Positions 30,140 to 38,964 are shown, numbered from the stretch's first letter. The stretch: 64,000 nt of DNA from a virus (IMGVR_UViG_3300043436_003321:26530-90529), one strand, 5' to 3'. A program made the numbers and translations. Notes: generated by a model not told the origin, from the letters alone.

Positions 30140-31819
30140 ATGGATCAAGATAGACAAAGTATTATAGACACTGAAAAGTTCAGTAAGGTATTTGGCTCAA
30201 TTGAAAAGCAAATGCTTATGCAATCTAGTTTTCTAGAGTCCATTTACAATATTAATACTCAACAACTTGATATGGAGCGCGATAGAGCAAAGAAAGAAGC
30301 AGCAAGACTGGCTGCCTTATCCGCTCAAGGTACTGAAGAAACAGTTGGTGGTGCAACAACCACCGGCGCTGGTAGTGTTGATCTGGGCGCTGCATCAGAT
30401 AAACAAAAAGAGTCTATTCTATCCAGTATTATCCCCGGTATAGGAAACTTTATAGGTTCTCTATTTGGTACTATTGGCGGTATAGGATTGGCTGGATTGG
30501 GATCTAAGGTTATAGGTGCCGGAGCCTTGGCCATTTTGGCACCAGCGGTGGGTAATTTTATAGCTGAATTTTCTAAATCTGCTTTAGAAGATTGGAATCC
30601 AGGTGCAACAGAATTTAATACTGGAGTATCTGCCGCATTAGGTAAAGCTACAACTTGGGGATTAATCGGAAATATTTTCGGCAAGAAGATGGGACTTATC
30701 TTTGCCGCAGGTGCTGCTGGCACATCACTTGGCGATACCATCTTTAACTCACTGGATAGTAATAAGGATGGTCTTTTAACTGCCTTTGGTTTAACTTTTG
30801 GTGATACTGAGTTTCAAGCTGTCGGTGGCGCTATCGGCGGAGCTCTAGGGTTATTTCTACCTGGAATGGTAAAGTCGGCTCTTGGCCCAGTTTTTGCTGC
30901 TATGACTCTTCCAGGTGTCGGTCTTGTGGCACTATCAGCTGCTGCACTGCTAACCGGTGCTTATCTAGTGGATAACTGGATGACTGAAAGACGAAAAGAG
31001 CTAATTGACGGTATTAATAATGAATTAGAAGAAGGCTTAAAGAATTTTAAGGCTGAGAAAGACAGATCTGTTTTAGAACAAATAGGTACAAGTATTTTTG
31101 GTGCTGATGAGGATGATCCTCTAGGTGCAAAACTAGATGTCCTTGATTCTAGACTGGCTGCAATGGGCGTACGCCAAGGTCGAGAAGCGGCGCGTGCCGG
31201 TAAAAAGTTTACAGGTTTGGATCTAAATGCTATTGAAGGCGAAGAGAAAGCACAACTTGAAGAAGTTAAACAAAATCTAAAGGCAGCGTTAAGTGGTGCA
31301 GATGTTTTAACAGGATTGTCTATACAAAAACTTGAACAACTTTCCAGAATTACTTCTTTATTCGATTTGGATACTGAAAATAAAAAGGTAAACGATCAGT
31401 TAAATATATTAAAAGCAGAGGCAGATGCTGCTGCAGATAAAGCTTTAATGGCCAAAACACGTTTGCCTCCGCGTCCTGGGTATGGGCCAGGTATAGTACC
31501 AATGGAATCTGCAGATGTAGGCCCGACAGTACTTACACCTGAAGATCAGGCCAGGGTCAATAGAGAATCTGAATATGGTATTGATAGAGACAGACAACGT
31601 GAAATAAGATATGACAGAAGTATGGCTGCACTCAGTAAAATAGAAAGTGCATCAAGTTCTACCCCAATAATTGTTCCAGTACCTATGGTAACACCTGCGC
31701 AGAATGCAGCTGCCGCTCCATCACAGATTGACCAAAGTACCATATCCAATTCGACTACAATTTTTGCCGGAAGATCAAAGTTTGATGAACTTGATACCTT
31801 TGTGATAGGCGCAAGATAA
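30140..31819 (+). CDS. tail tape-measure/baseplate hub protein gp29-like
   Basis: 559 aa (T4 gp29 is 590 aa). Long Gly/Ala-rich hydrophobic segments (GIGNFIGSLFGTIGGIGLAGLGSKVIGAGALAILAPAVGNFI) and a coiled-coil C-terminal half. Last gene of the late operon before the terminator. Confidence 0.5.
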   Translation: MDQDRQSIIDTEKFSKVFGSIEKQMLMQSSFLESIYNINTQQLDMERDRAKKEAARLAALSAQGTEETVGGATTTGAGSVDLGAASDKQKESILSSIIPGIGNFIGSLFGTIGGIGLAGLGSKVIGAGALAILAPAVGNFIAEFSKSALEDWNPGATEFNTGVSAALGKATTWGLIGNIFGKKMGLIFAAGAAGTSLGDTIFNSLDSNKDGLLTAFGLTFGDTEFQAVGGAIGGALGLFLPGMVKSALGPVFAAMTLPGVGLVALSAAALLTGAYLVDNWMTERRKELIDGINNELEEGLKNFKAEKDRSVLEQIGTSIFGADEDDPLGAKLDVLDSRLAAMGVRQGREAARAGKKFTGLDLNAIEGEEKAQLEEVKQNLKAALSGADVLTGLSIQKLEQLSRITSLFDLDTENKKVNDQLNILKAEADAAADKALMAKTRLPPRPGYGPGIVPMESADVGPTVLTPEDQARVNRESEYGIDRDRQREIRYDRSMAALSKIESASSSTPIIVPVPMVTPAQNAAAAPSQIDQSTISNSTTIFAGRSKFDELDTFVIGAR

Positions 31820-31820
31820 A

Positions 31821-31846
31821 AAAGGGGCGCCAAGCGCCCCTTTTCA
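31821..31846. terminator. bidirectional rho-independent terminator between convergent gp29-like and gene 32
   Basis: AAAAA-GGGGCGC-CAAG-GCGCCCC-TTTT. The stems are 31824-31830 and 31835-31841. Flanked by an A-run and a T-run, so it works on either strand. Confidence 0.8.
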
Positions 31847-31866
31847 GTTTATAGAACTTGTAGATC

Positions 31867-32781
31867 TTAATCGTCTGCAAGATCTTTGAAGAATGAAATA
31901 TCAGTATCATCTTCATCATAGGTCGGAGATGGAGTTTCATCCAGCTTTGGAGCTTTGCGCTCTTTAAAGTTGGGGGTGAAGTCCATCTCCCCATCGTTAT
32001 CCTCAGCAGCACTGGATGTGGGTGCGCGAGTGCTACCGTCAAGGCCAAGAACGCGATACATTTTAGCCTTGAGTTCTTCATACGTTTTGAAGTTTTTAGG
32101 ATCGACGATATCTTTGAGAGAGTGTTCCTGCTTCCAAATAGCCTCAAGAGCATCGTCGTCATTATGAAGAGGTGCGGCCGGACTGAAGTCCGATTTGTCG
32201 TAGTTACGATAACCTTCATAGTTACGGATCTTAAGTTGGAAGTTAGCACCTTCCCACATGTCAAAAGGATTGACTTTTGCCTCTCCTTCATATTGTGGAT
32301 TCATAAGATCATTGAGCTTCTCAAAGATCTTTTTACCATACTTGAAGAGGAATACCTTACCCTCATTCTCTGGGCGTGAAGGATCGCGAACGACATACAC
32401 GTTAGAGACATAAGATAGGCGGCGCTTTTGTTTGCGAACAATCTCCTTATTCGCCTCAATGCCTGAATTCCAAAGTTCTGAGTTATATTCAGAAACTGGA
32501 TCGGGCAAACCAATAGTGGTCAGAGAGTTTTCGATATACCACTGGCCACCAGGCCCTTGGAACCCATGGTCCCACATGCGAATGAATGGCATATCTTCAC
32601 CAGCTGGGGCTGGGAGAAAACGAAGAACGGCATAACCATTGCCAGCCTTATCAAGGTCGGGCTTCCAATATTTACCTTCATCTTCGTTTGAATAACCGCC
32701 CTGATTCATTTTTGAAAGTTGCTCATTGAGCTTATTGAAAGATGAATTGCGGTTCTTTTTGAGGTCTGCGAAATTAACCAT
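31867..32781 (-). CDS. 32: single-stranded DNA-binding protein gp32
   Basis: 304 aa. Clear matches to T4 gp32: LDKAGNGYAVLRFLP, HGFQGPGGQWYIE, DPSRPENEGKVFLFKYGKKIF, MWEGANFQLKI, EGYRNYDKSDF, and an acidic C-terminal tail. Confidence 0.9.
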   Translation of the reverse strand: MVNFADLKKNRNSSFNKLNEQLSKMNQGGYSNEDEGKYWKPDLDKAGNGYAVLRFLPAPAGEDMPFIRMWDHGFQGPGGQWYIENSLTTIGLPDPVSEYNSELWNSGIEANKEIVRKQKRRLSYVSNVYVVRDPSRPENEGKVFLFKYGKKIFEKLNDLMNPQYEGEAKVNPFDMWEGANFQLKIRNYEGYRNYDKSDFSPAAPLHNDDDALEAIWKQEHSLKDIVDPKNFKTYEELKAKMYRVLGLDGSTRAPTSSAAEDNDGEMDFTPNFKERKAPKLDETPSPTYDEDDTDISFFKDLADD

Positions 32782-32806
32782 TATAGTAGTCTCCTTATGC
32801 GATATA

Positions 32807-33394
32807 TTAGCGGAATGTTTCGAGTATTAAGTCTTTTACTTTAGTCTTATCAAAAGTCATGAAAGGTCTGTACTTAACACATTTGTTCTTTATATCAGGC
32901 CAAATGATTTTGTCAACCAATTTTTTATCCCAATAATCAAAAACTTTTGTCACTTCATTTATCATAATCAATGACTCAGTATGAATCTGTCTTGACAAAT
33001 ACATTCTGAGGAGTTTTGGATGGTGACCATCACTCGTTAACAATTGACCGTCAAAGTCACCATCCAAACTATTTATATCCTGTTTAAAGGTGTACATTAA
33101 AGATTGTTGGACTTTTTTCCAATCCTTATATACATTCTCAGCGCCATCATTAAATAAATTGCCAACCCAAATTCTCGGATCATGCATCACATTGGCCAGG
33201 ATAAATTCTTTACCATCACTACGCTTCGAAAGTTTGTAGAAATGGTACTTATCGTTACGATTCTCAAATGCATCTATTGATGCGCTCACTTTACCATTAT
33301 ATTTAAAGAAATCGTACGAACTTGTGAAATGCTTTTTCAGTGCCAAATAATAGATATAGATGGCAAAAGCATCTTTGGTTGAATATATGCTCAT
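32807..33394 (-). CDS. 59: gp59 helicase loader (loads the gp41-type replicative helicase)
   Basis: 195 aa. Matches T4 gp59 (YDFFKYNGKV, RNDKYHFYKLSKR). Adjacent to gene 32 as in T4. Confidence 0.8.
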   Translation of the reverse strand: MSIYSTKDAFAIYIYYLALKKHFTSSYDFFKYNGKVSASIDAFENRNDKYHFYKLSKRSDGKEFILANVMHDPRIWVGNLFNDGAENVYKDWKKVQQSLMYTFKQDINSLDGDFDGQLLTSDGHHPKLLRMYLSRQIHTESLIMINEVTKVFDYWDKKLVDKIIWPDIKNKCVKYRPFMTFDKTKVKDLILETFR

Positions 33395-33621
33395 AGCGGT
33401 AGCTTGGCTGTCTTTTCTTCCAATAAATTAAGCCTTTCGGCATCATCACGAACTTTTGATTTTAAAACTACCGAGCGCCGAATAATGTCTCCAAGTAATT
33501 CTATTTCAATGTCATGTTGTTCGGCATAATAAACGATTGCATCTATCAATGATACATCAGTATTTGTATATTTCTCAATTTCTCTGAGAATAAATTCAGG
33601 GGTTAATGTATTATTGTTCAT
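33391..33621 (-). CDS. late-transcription accessory protein, gp33-like candidate
   Basis: 76-aa acidic protein in the gene-33 position upstream of 59-32. Called on synteny only. Confidence 0.3.
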   Translation of the reverse strand: MNNNTLTPEFILREIEKYTNTDVSLIDAIVYYAEQHDIEIELLGDIIRRSVVLKSKVRDDAERLNLLEEKTAKLPL

Positions 33622-33641
33622 GCTATGCTTTCATTATAATC

Positions 33642-34277
33642 TTATTTCACCATAAAGCCCAACCGATAAACTGGGAGGTATCCATTTGAATCATCTGTGG
33701 CTTCTATATAACTATAACCCATTTTTGTATAAATGTCAACCATTTGTTGCTCATCACTCCAAATTGGGATCAGTTCATCATAGTCTGGATCTGGAGTATC
33801 ACGGAAGTGTATCTCTATTACCTTGTCGCCGATAAACTCGATGTTAATTACAGAAGCACTAGATAGGACTAATTCTTCTTCAATTTTAAATGGTACTGCG
33901 ATTTGTTTATCGGATCGAGTCCATCTTTTAAATCGAAACAATCTATCAACATCACGTTCTGCTTTAAAACAAGATGTTTGCTGAAGGTCGTAGAAGTCTG
34001 CCGGTTTATATGTTACAGAGTATTGATCACCATCGAACCACTCACACCAGAAGTATCCAGGTTCTACACCACTTCGATCACCAGCCTCAATCCATTGCTT
34101 TCTAGCGCCTACACCCATACCATCTAAGTTGTATATTGGTCGTACGCAGTAGTAGCCAGATGACTTTGGTGGAACGCCTCCAGGCCCACAGTGGTAACCC
34201 AATGACTCAGCGAGATATAGTTTATTGAACCATTGTCGCATATAAGGAAAGGATTGCCAGGCCTGGAAGTCGTCCAT
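33642..34277 (-). CDS. hypothetical protein
   Basis: 211 aa. No motif recognised. An AATAAATA late-promoter-like box sits about 25 nt upstream. Confidence 0.5.
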   Translation of the reverse strand: MDDFQAWQSFPYMRQWFNKLYLAESLGYHCGPGGVPPKSSGYYCVRPIYNLDGMGVGARKQWIEAGDRSGVEPGYFWCEWFDGDQYSVTYKPADFYDLQQTSCFKAERDVDRLFRFKRWTRSDKQIAVPFKIEEELVLSSASVINIEFIGDKVIEIHFRDTPDPDYDELIPIWSDEQQMVDIYTKMGYSYIEATDDSNGYLPVYRLGFMVK

Positions 34278-34305
34278 TTTTCACCTCAAGAAGTATTCCT
34301 TCTAT

Positions 34306-35271
34306 TTATTTAAGAGCGGAAACCTCAGCTTGAGTAGCTGCAAGTTCTGGATCTGGCACAAGACCGTAATCAGCCAACGGCCCGCCAGGACCGGCCATTT
34401 CGTCGCTCACGAAGAACTCGACATATTCCTTTAGACCAGGAATAACACCGATATGAGCATTCTTCACATAGAAGAACAATGGGCGGCTGATTGGATAGTC
34501 ACCGCTTGAGATGGTTTCTACGCTTGGTGCTACACCACTAACAGTCGCAACTTCTAACTTGTCAGTGTTGTTCTGATAGAAGCTAAGACCAAACACACCA
34601 AGCGATGTTTTATTAGCATCAAGACGAGCAAGTGTCTCAGTATAATCACCATCGATGTCGACAGCGGCACCATCAGTTCTTACCTTTACGCATGCCTTTT
34701 TTTGATCGTCATCAAGTTTCTCAACACCGAGTACCGATTTGCAACCTGCTTCCATGACCTTTACATCAAACACTTCACGTGTACCGTGTTTGGTACCTGG
34801 AATGTAAGCAAGAATCTCTACTTCTGGAAGAGTTGAGTCGACTTCACTCCAGAGTTTAGCAGTGCTCGACTCATGTAGTGCGCTATAGAGTTGTTCAACA
34901 GTCAAGTCTTTGATGTTGAGCTGACCGATGTTTGAAGCAAACACGATGCCATCATAACCAATACGAACCTCAGTCACTTCACCAACAACTTCTTCGCACT
35001 TAGCCCATTCTTCATCTTTCATCTTTGAAGAACTATTTGCGATATCAACGGTGTTTTCACCAACACCTTCACAGAGCTTTTTGCGACCTGCACCTGATCC
35101 GCCACCTTCAACTACTGGCGAAGGAAAGTCAAAATTTTCACCAAATGCTTCTGAAACAATGGTTGCATATGGCAGGACAGTAGACGATCCTGTGACTTGG
35201 ACATTATCTCTTGCAAATGCAGTAGATGCTGCAGCCAAGACCAATGTAGTGCTAAGTAAAAGTACTTTCAT
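34306..35271 (-). CDS. pstS: periplasmic phosphate-binding protein PstS (auxiliary metabolic gene)
   Basis: 321 aa. N-terminal signal peptide MKVLLLSTTLVLAAASTAFA. PstS-type motifs VQVTGSSTVLPYAT and DYPISRPLFFYV. Has its own upstream intrinsic terminator and a Pho-box-like direct repeat. Confidence 0.85.
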   Translation of the reverse strand: MKVLLLSTTLVLAAASTAFARDNVQVTGSSTVLPYATIVSEAFGENFDFPSPVVEGGGSGAGRKKLCEGVGENTVDIANSSSKMKDEEWAKCEEVVGEVTEVRIGYDGIVFASNIGQLNIKDLTVEQLYSALHESSTAKLWSEVDSTLPEVEILAYIPGTKHGTREVFDVKVMEAGCKSVLGVEKLDDDQKKACVKVRTDGAAVDIDGDYTETLARLDANKTSLGVFGLSFYQNNTDKLEVATVSGVAPSVETISSGDYPISRPLFFYVKNAHIGVIPGLKEYVEFFVSDEMAGPGGPLADYGLVPDPELAATQAEVSALK

Positions 35272-35323
35272 TCAATTTCTCCACAATAAGAGGCTTGCGG
35301 TTTGCTTCCTCATAGTGGTAATT

Positions 35324-35341
35324 TATAACACGATTGTAACA
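35324..35341 (-). promoter_or_regulatory. Pho-box-like direct repeat upstream of pstS (TGTTACA-atcg-TGTTATA)
   Basis: Two 7-bp direct repeats with 11-bp periodicity, about 50 nt upstream of the pstS ATG. This resembles the E. coli-type CTGTCAT-N4-CTGTCAT Pho box. Weak, by-eye call. Confidence 0.25.
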
Positions 35342-35380
35342 ATTAGGTTAAATCTATATTATAGTTTTGTAATAAATGAT

Positions 35381-35407
35381 AAAAAGTGGAGCTAACCATG
35401 GCTCCAC
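35381..35407 (-). terminator. rho-independent terminator after the OMP-like gene
   Basis: Minus strand reads GTGGAGC-CATGGTTA-GCTCCAC followed by TTTTT (7-bp perfect stem, 35386-35392 / 35401-35407). Confidence 0.7.
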
Positions 35408-35443
35408 GCGGGTTTATTACGTAACCACCCGATATCAGATAAC

Positions 35444-35833
35444 TTAGAAGCTAAGTGATAGACCAACAATGCTGTCAACATATCCGAAGTCACCATCAAA
35501 GTTATTCTCGATGTAAGCTTCTACACTTGCAGGACCTAGGTCAATGTTTGGCACATAGGTTGCACCAAGAACGGCACCTTCGAAAGCAGAACGATCAAAC
35601 GAGATAAACTCATCGCCATCATAGATAGCAAGATCGGTTTCGGCCCAGATGCCAAGACCTTCGATTGGTGCATATGCAAGACGTGGGGTTAGAACAGAAG
35701 TGAAGACGGTGGTGTCGGTGTTATATTCAGTAACAAGCTCAGTGTTAAGAGCAAGGCCGTTACCAAAATCAAGAGCGGATGCTGCAGAAGTCATAGCGAG
35801 CATAGCAGCAGTTGCAAGAAGAATCTTTTTCAT
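35444..35833 (-). CDS. small secreted beta-rich protein, outer-membrane-protein-like (C-terminal Phe)
   Basis: 129 aa. Signal peptide MKKILLATAAMLAMTSAASA. Alternating hydrophobic pattern and C-terminal ...GLSLSF, typical of beta-barrel OMP termini. RBS AAGGA. Confidence 0.45.
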   Translation of the reverse strand: MKKILLATAAMLAMTSAASALDFGNGLALNTELVTEYNTDTTVFTSVLTPRLAYAPIEGLGIWAETDLAIYDGDEFISFDRSAFEGAVLGATYVPNIDLGPASVEAYIENNFDGDFGYVDSIVGLSLSF

Positions 35834-35854
35834 ATTTGGATATCCTTAAAGGTT

Positions 35855-36140
35855 GAGTTACGGCCCGTTCTGTTTCTAGGTGGAACCATACCCAAGTGCT
35901 TATGCAGCTAGTGCGTAAGCCTGAGGAGCAAAGTTATCGTTTGCATTTGTATGTTTGGCTGAATAACGTAGGCCAACACGGTAATCTCCACTTGCTTTCA
36001 ACACCTGTCGATCCTAATTTCGACCCCAGCAAAAGTGGTCTGACTTCACAGACTGTAGACTGAACTAGGTCTAGCACTTATGGTGGAGTCGCTGGGTACC
36101 GCCCCCAGGTCCAGAATGTCTATCGTCTGTTTCAACGATT
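35855..36140 (-). ncRNA. ssrA: circularly permuted (two-piece) tmRNA, ssrA
   Basis: On the minus strand the coding piece starts at 36027. GGGGUCGAAAUUAGGAUCGACAGG closely matches the E. coli tmRNA 5' end GGGGCUGAUUCUGGAUUCGACGGG. The tag reading frame GCA AAC GAU AAC UUU GCU CCU CAG GCU UAC GCA CUA GCU GCA UAA (35944-35900) encodes ANDNFAPQAYALAA*. The acceptor piece lies upstream (36120-36081): T-arm-like CUGGG-GGCGGUA-CCCAG, then CGACUCC-A-CCA. The 3' strand CGACUCC pairs with the 5' GGGGUCG and gives a G3:U70 wobble, the AlaRS identity pair. A 53-nt intervening segment separates the two pieces, the order typical of alphaproteobacterial-type permuted ssrA. Promoter directly upstream. The 3' boundary is uncertain. 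Confidence 0.75.
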
Positions 36141-36180
36141 ACTAGTTATATATAAACCATGTTGAGCAAATGTCAACGAT
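36141..36180 (-). promoter_or_regulatory. sigma70-like promoter for the tmRNA (TTGACA-N17/18-TATATA)
   Basis: Minus strand atcgTTGACAtttgctcaacatggtttaTATATAac. The -35 box is 36176-36171 and the -10 about 36152-36147. Same -35 hexamer as the phage early promoter family. Confidence 0.55.
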
Positions 36181-36229
36181 AAAAATCCCAATTGTGAATT
36201 ATGTTACTTTTATGTCACACCACTTTAAG

Positions 36230-36367
36230 TTATCCTTTTTCGTAGCGTCTTTGTTTTTCTTCGTAACTCATTTTAGGTTCTGTCCGAACTGGGACTGGAG
36301 GTTCTTCTCCAACCTTAGCAGTTTCTTCAATTGCTTTATCTAATTTTGATATATCCCATTTTGCCAT
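36230..36367 (-). CDS. small charged hypothetical protein (45 aa, MAKWDISKLDKAIEE...)
   Basis: Internal ATG of the 62-aa track ORF, lying 2 nt after the hydrolase stop (TAAAATGG). The longer upstream start would overlap the hydrolase gene. Confidence 0.3.
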   Translation of the reverse strand: MAKWDISKLDKAIEETAKVGEEPPVPVRTEPKMSYEEKQRRYEKG

Positions 36368-36368
36368 T

Positions 36369-36866
36369 TTACGAATCCTTGTAGAAAATATGATCGCCAA
36401 TGCGAATAGTCCGTTCATATGACTTACGCCAATACGGTTTCACATAAGTTGCATGAAACATAATAGCGCCGTCTGTCGGGTCTTTATATGTTCGAGGATT
36501 ATAATATCGTGTATATACCAAACTAGCTAATTTTTTAGCTCTAATCCAATCCTCTTGGTTTTTAGGCGTGTCTGACTTTCCGTCATGTGTCCAACTAAAT
36601 TGTGAATCTTGCCAAACGACATCGCAAATAGTATTTGGATATCCTTTTGAATGTACTCTATTGAGAGTCACCCAGGCAATTGCTTTTTGCCCTAAATCAG
36701 ATTGATCTCTGGCTTCGAAGTAAATATTCTTGGCCAAACATTCAATTTGTTTATAGTGTTCATTATATACATTCCTTTGTTTATCAGTATTTTGAGCTTG
36801 AACACTAGTATAATCCAACCCTACCGTGAATAGTAAGGTTAGAATGAATAGAGTTTTCTTTTTCAT
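36369..36866 (-). CDS. secreted cell-wall hydrolase, SleB/CwlJ (Hydrolase_2) family; endolysin candidate
   Basis: 165 aa. Signal peptide MKKKTLFILTLLFTVGLDYTSVQAQ. Hydrolase_2 motifs ECLAKNIYFEARDQS, AIAWVTLNRV, ICDVVWQDSQFSW. Preceded by a perfect TTGACA-N17-TATAAT promoter. Confidence 0.75.
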   Translation of the reverse strand: MKKKTLFILTLLFTVGLDYTSVQAQNTDKQRNVYNEHYKQIECLAKNIYFEARDQSDLGQKAIAWVTLNRVHSKGYPNTICDVVWQDSQFSWTHDGKSDTPKNQEDWIRAKKLASLVYTRYYNPRTYKDPTDGAIMFHATYVKPYWRKSYERTIRIGDHIFYKDS

Positions 36867-36892
36867 ATTCCTTATTCCATATGATTGACCAT

Positions 36893-36931
36893 AGTACCAT
36901 TATACACGTATGCTATGGTAATGTCAACCAC
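36893..36931 (-). promoter_or_regulatory. sigma70-consensus promoter (TTGACA-N17-TATAAT) for the cell-wall hydrolase gene
   Basis: Minus strand tggTTGACAttaccatagcatacgtgTATAATggt. The -35 box is 36927-36922 and the -10 box 36904-36899. Confidence 0.6.
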
Positions 36932-38964
36932 TATTTTGTGGTTGCCCTGAAAATGCCATCCCAGTCGGCAGACAACGGTTGCGTTTTCATGAATTCACAG
37001 CGTTCGATCCACATCTTATAGTATCCTTCCATCTTACCATCGAAGTGATGCATAAGAAGTTCGCATAAAGTCTGGGCTTTTGTGAATTCCTGATTGCGAT
37101 ACATTCGAAGCATTTCATCATGCTTCTTTTTGGCTATATCCCAAGCCTGTTTTGGATCATCAAGTACCGTATAGATACGTAATCCAACTGTTTTACCTTT
37201 TACGGCTAGTTCATCTAGCTCAAGGTAGAAAAAATCATCCTTTGTTCGTTCATATGTGGTTGGCCCTATAATCAATAACACACCATACGACTTACACTGG
37301 CCTTCCAGTCGTGCCGTTGTCGATACGGCGTCGCCTAGAACGTCATAGCTGTGGCGTTGTGTTGACCCCATCTCACCGATATAACCCAACCCAGTATTGA
37401 TACCAGCACCCATGCCAACCTTTGGTCGCCCTTTGGCAATCAACTGTTCATTAAACTTTTCAACCGCCTTGATCATATTCAAGCCAGTTTGTACCGCTGA
37501 TTTAGGATGATCTGGATCATCAATAGGAGCGTTGTGGATATGCATTGATGCATCACCAATGTATTTAATGATCATACCTCTGGCGTCAAGAACTGGTTGT
37601 GTAATCGCATCCATATAACCATTCATCACCTCAGTCAGACCTTTCACATCATCGCCGAACGATTCCCCAAGTGGTGTAAAGCCGCGAAGGTCAGAGAAGC
37701 AAATAGATACCTCCTTCTTAATTCCATCCTTGACAAGTTCTGGATTTCGTTGTAATATTTCAACTACCTCAGGTGAAGCATAACCGCCAAATTGTTTCTT
37801 AATTCGCATTTTGGCAAAGTATTCTTGACCATACTTAAGTCCGTAGACGTGCGCAAAGATAAGAACCGCCAATGCACCAGAGATTGCAGTGTTTACCAAG
37901 ATATAACTTGTAGCAAACGCATAGAACGGATAGTAAATGGCAGCGCCGATGAGTAGGATAGGTGCCATCCAACCGAATCGCACATACGACGTAGCTACGA
38001 TGAGCAGACCGATTAGAACGATTGAGCCTAGTTTATATAGATCCGCCTCGAGTGGTGTAACGATGTTGTATTCGTTGACTACAGATGCAAAGGCCGAGGC
38101 TGTAATGTCATGTCCATACATTGGCCCAGTTGCGGTAGGCACTGGATTGGACAATCCTTCTGCCGTAAGGCCTACAAATACTGTAGCACCTTTCAGGTCG
38201 GGAAATTCATCGTCAAGATTATATCGCTGAAACTTATAGTTTGGATTGATCCAGATTCGACTTAGAGTGTCAGTATTGATTGTCGGGAATCCCTTTACTC
38301 GTACTGCTTCAACACCTAGGTCGCCAGTTTTTACCTGATACGTTTCGGTGTCCATATAGACTTTTAGAATCTCGAGTACAACAGATGGGTATAGAGTTTC
38401 ACCTACGGCTGATATCATAGGAAGACGACGGACAACTCCATCAATCTCTGGTACAGTGCTTGCAATGCCAATTCCGCTAGCCCTACGTTCATACTCGCCA
38501 ATATTAGCAGCAATGCCAGGATAGTTGGGAACATAACCAATAGCGCGATTACCAACTTCAGCGATGCCTGTAGTATAGGCTGCCCTCCCGTCAGTTTGTG
38601 TTGAAGGAAAGTGTGATATGATAACGCCTTGGCCCAATAGTTCTTTAAATAGTTCATCTTGTCCTGTCCTATCTTCTTCTGGGAAAGAAATGTTGAATAC
38701 GATTGCCCCAGCATTCGCTAGTCGTAAGTTTTGGATAAGTTCGCCATACACATTACGAGGGAATGGATACTGACCATGCTTTTCAAGCGTGTCTTCCGAT
38801 ATATCTATTAATGCAATATCATCAACTGATATTTGTTCTTGAACAATTAACTGGTCAAAGAATTTAAGTTCCACATTTTGCATAAATGTTGGGTTTAATA
38901 AGATTATCCAGGCGAGTAATACAGTGGTAACAAGCGCCCAAAGCGGAGATAATAGCCATTTCAT
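36931..38964 (-). CDS. CHASE2 sensor domain-containing class III adenylate/guanylate cyclase
   Basis: 677 aa. N-terminal TM helix, then a periplasmic domain of about 300 aa of CHASE2 type. Multi-TM region (residues 310-380). C-terminal cyclase catalytic domain with VSICFSDLRGFTPLGESF, KYIGDASMHIHNAP and GMGAGINTGLGYIGEMGSTQRHSYDVLGDAVSTTARLE motifs. 4-nt overlap (ATGA) with the upstream FecR-like gene. Confidence 0.85.
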   Translation of the reverse strand: MKWLLSPLWALVTTVLLAWIILLNPTFMQNVELKFFDQLIVQEQISVDDIALIDISEDTLEKHGQYPFPRNVYGELIQNLRLANAGAIVFNISFPEEDRTGQDELFKELLGQGVIISHFPSTQTDGRAAYTTGIAEVGNRAIGYVPNYPGIAANIGEYERRASGIGIASTVPEIDGVVRRLPMISAVGETLYPSVVLEILKVYMDTETYQVKTGDLGVEAVRVKGFPTINTDTLSRIWINPNYKFQRYNLDDEFPDLKGATVFVGLTAEGLSNPVPTATGPMYGHDITASAFASVVNEYNIVTPLEADLYKLGSIVLIGLLIVATSYVRFGWMAPILLIGAAIYYPFYAFATSYILVNTAISGALAVLIFAHVYGLKYGQEYFAKMRIKKQFGGYASPEVVEILQRNPELVKDGIKKEVSICFSDLRGFTPLGESFGDDVKGLTEVMNGYMDAITQPVLDARGMIIKYIGDASMHIHNAPIDDPDHPKSAVQTGLNMIKAVEKFNEQLIAKGRPKVGMGAGINTGLGYIGEMGSTQRHSYDVLGDAVSTTARLEGQCKSYGVLLIIGPTTYERTKDDFFYLELDELAVKGKTVGLRIYTVLDDPKQAWDIAKKKHDEMLRMYRNQEFTKAQTLCELLMHHFDGKMEGYYKMWIERCEFMKTQPLSADWDGIFRATTK

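Noticed and set aside
31546-32513. Minus-strand ORFs 31546..31833, 31755..32291, 32301..32513 and plus-strand ORFs 31955..32167, 32122..32379
   Set aside because: Alternative frames inside or antisense to gp29-like and gene 32. gene 32 is unambiguous by homology. One of them spans the terminator.
36092-36110. Alternative reading of the tmRNA acceptor piece as not a real T-arm (loop GGCGGUA instead of UUCRANY)
   Set aside because: Kept as a caveat rather than a reason to drop the tmRNA. The tag ORF, the 5'-end homology, G3:U70 and ACCA together are too specific to be coincidental. A covariance model must adjudicate.
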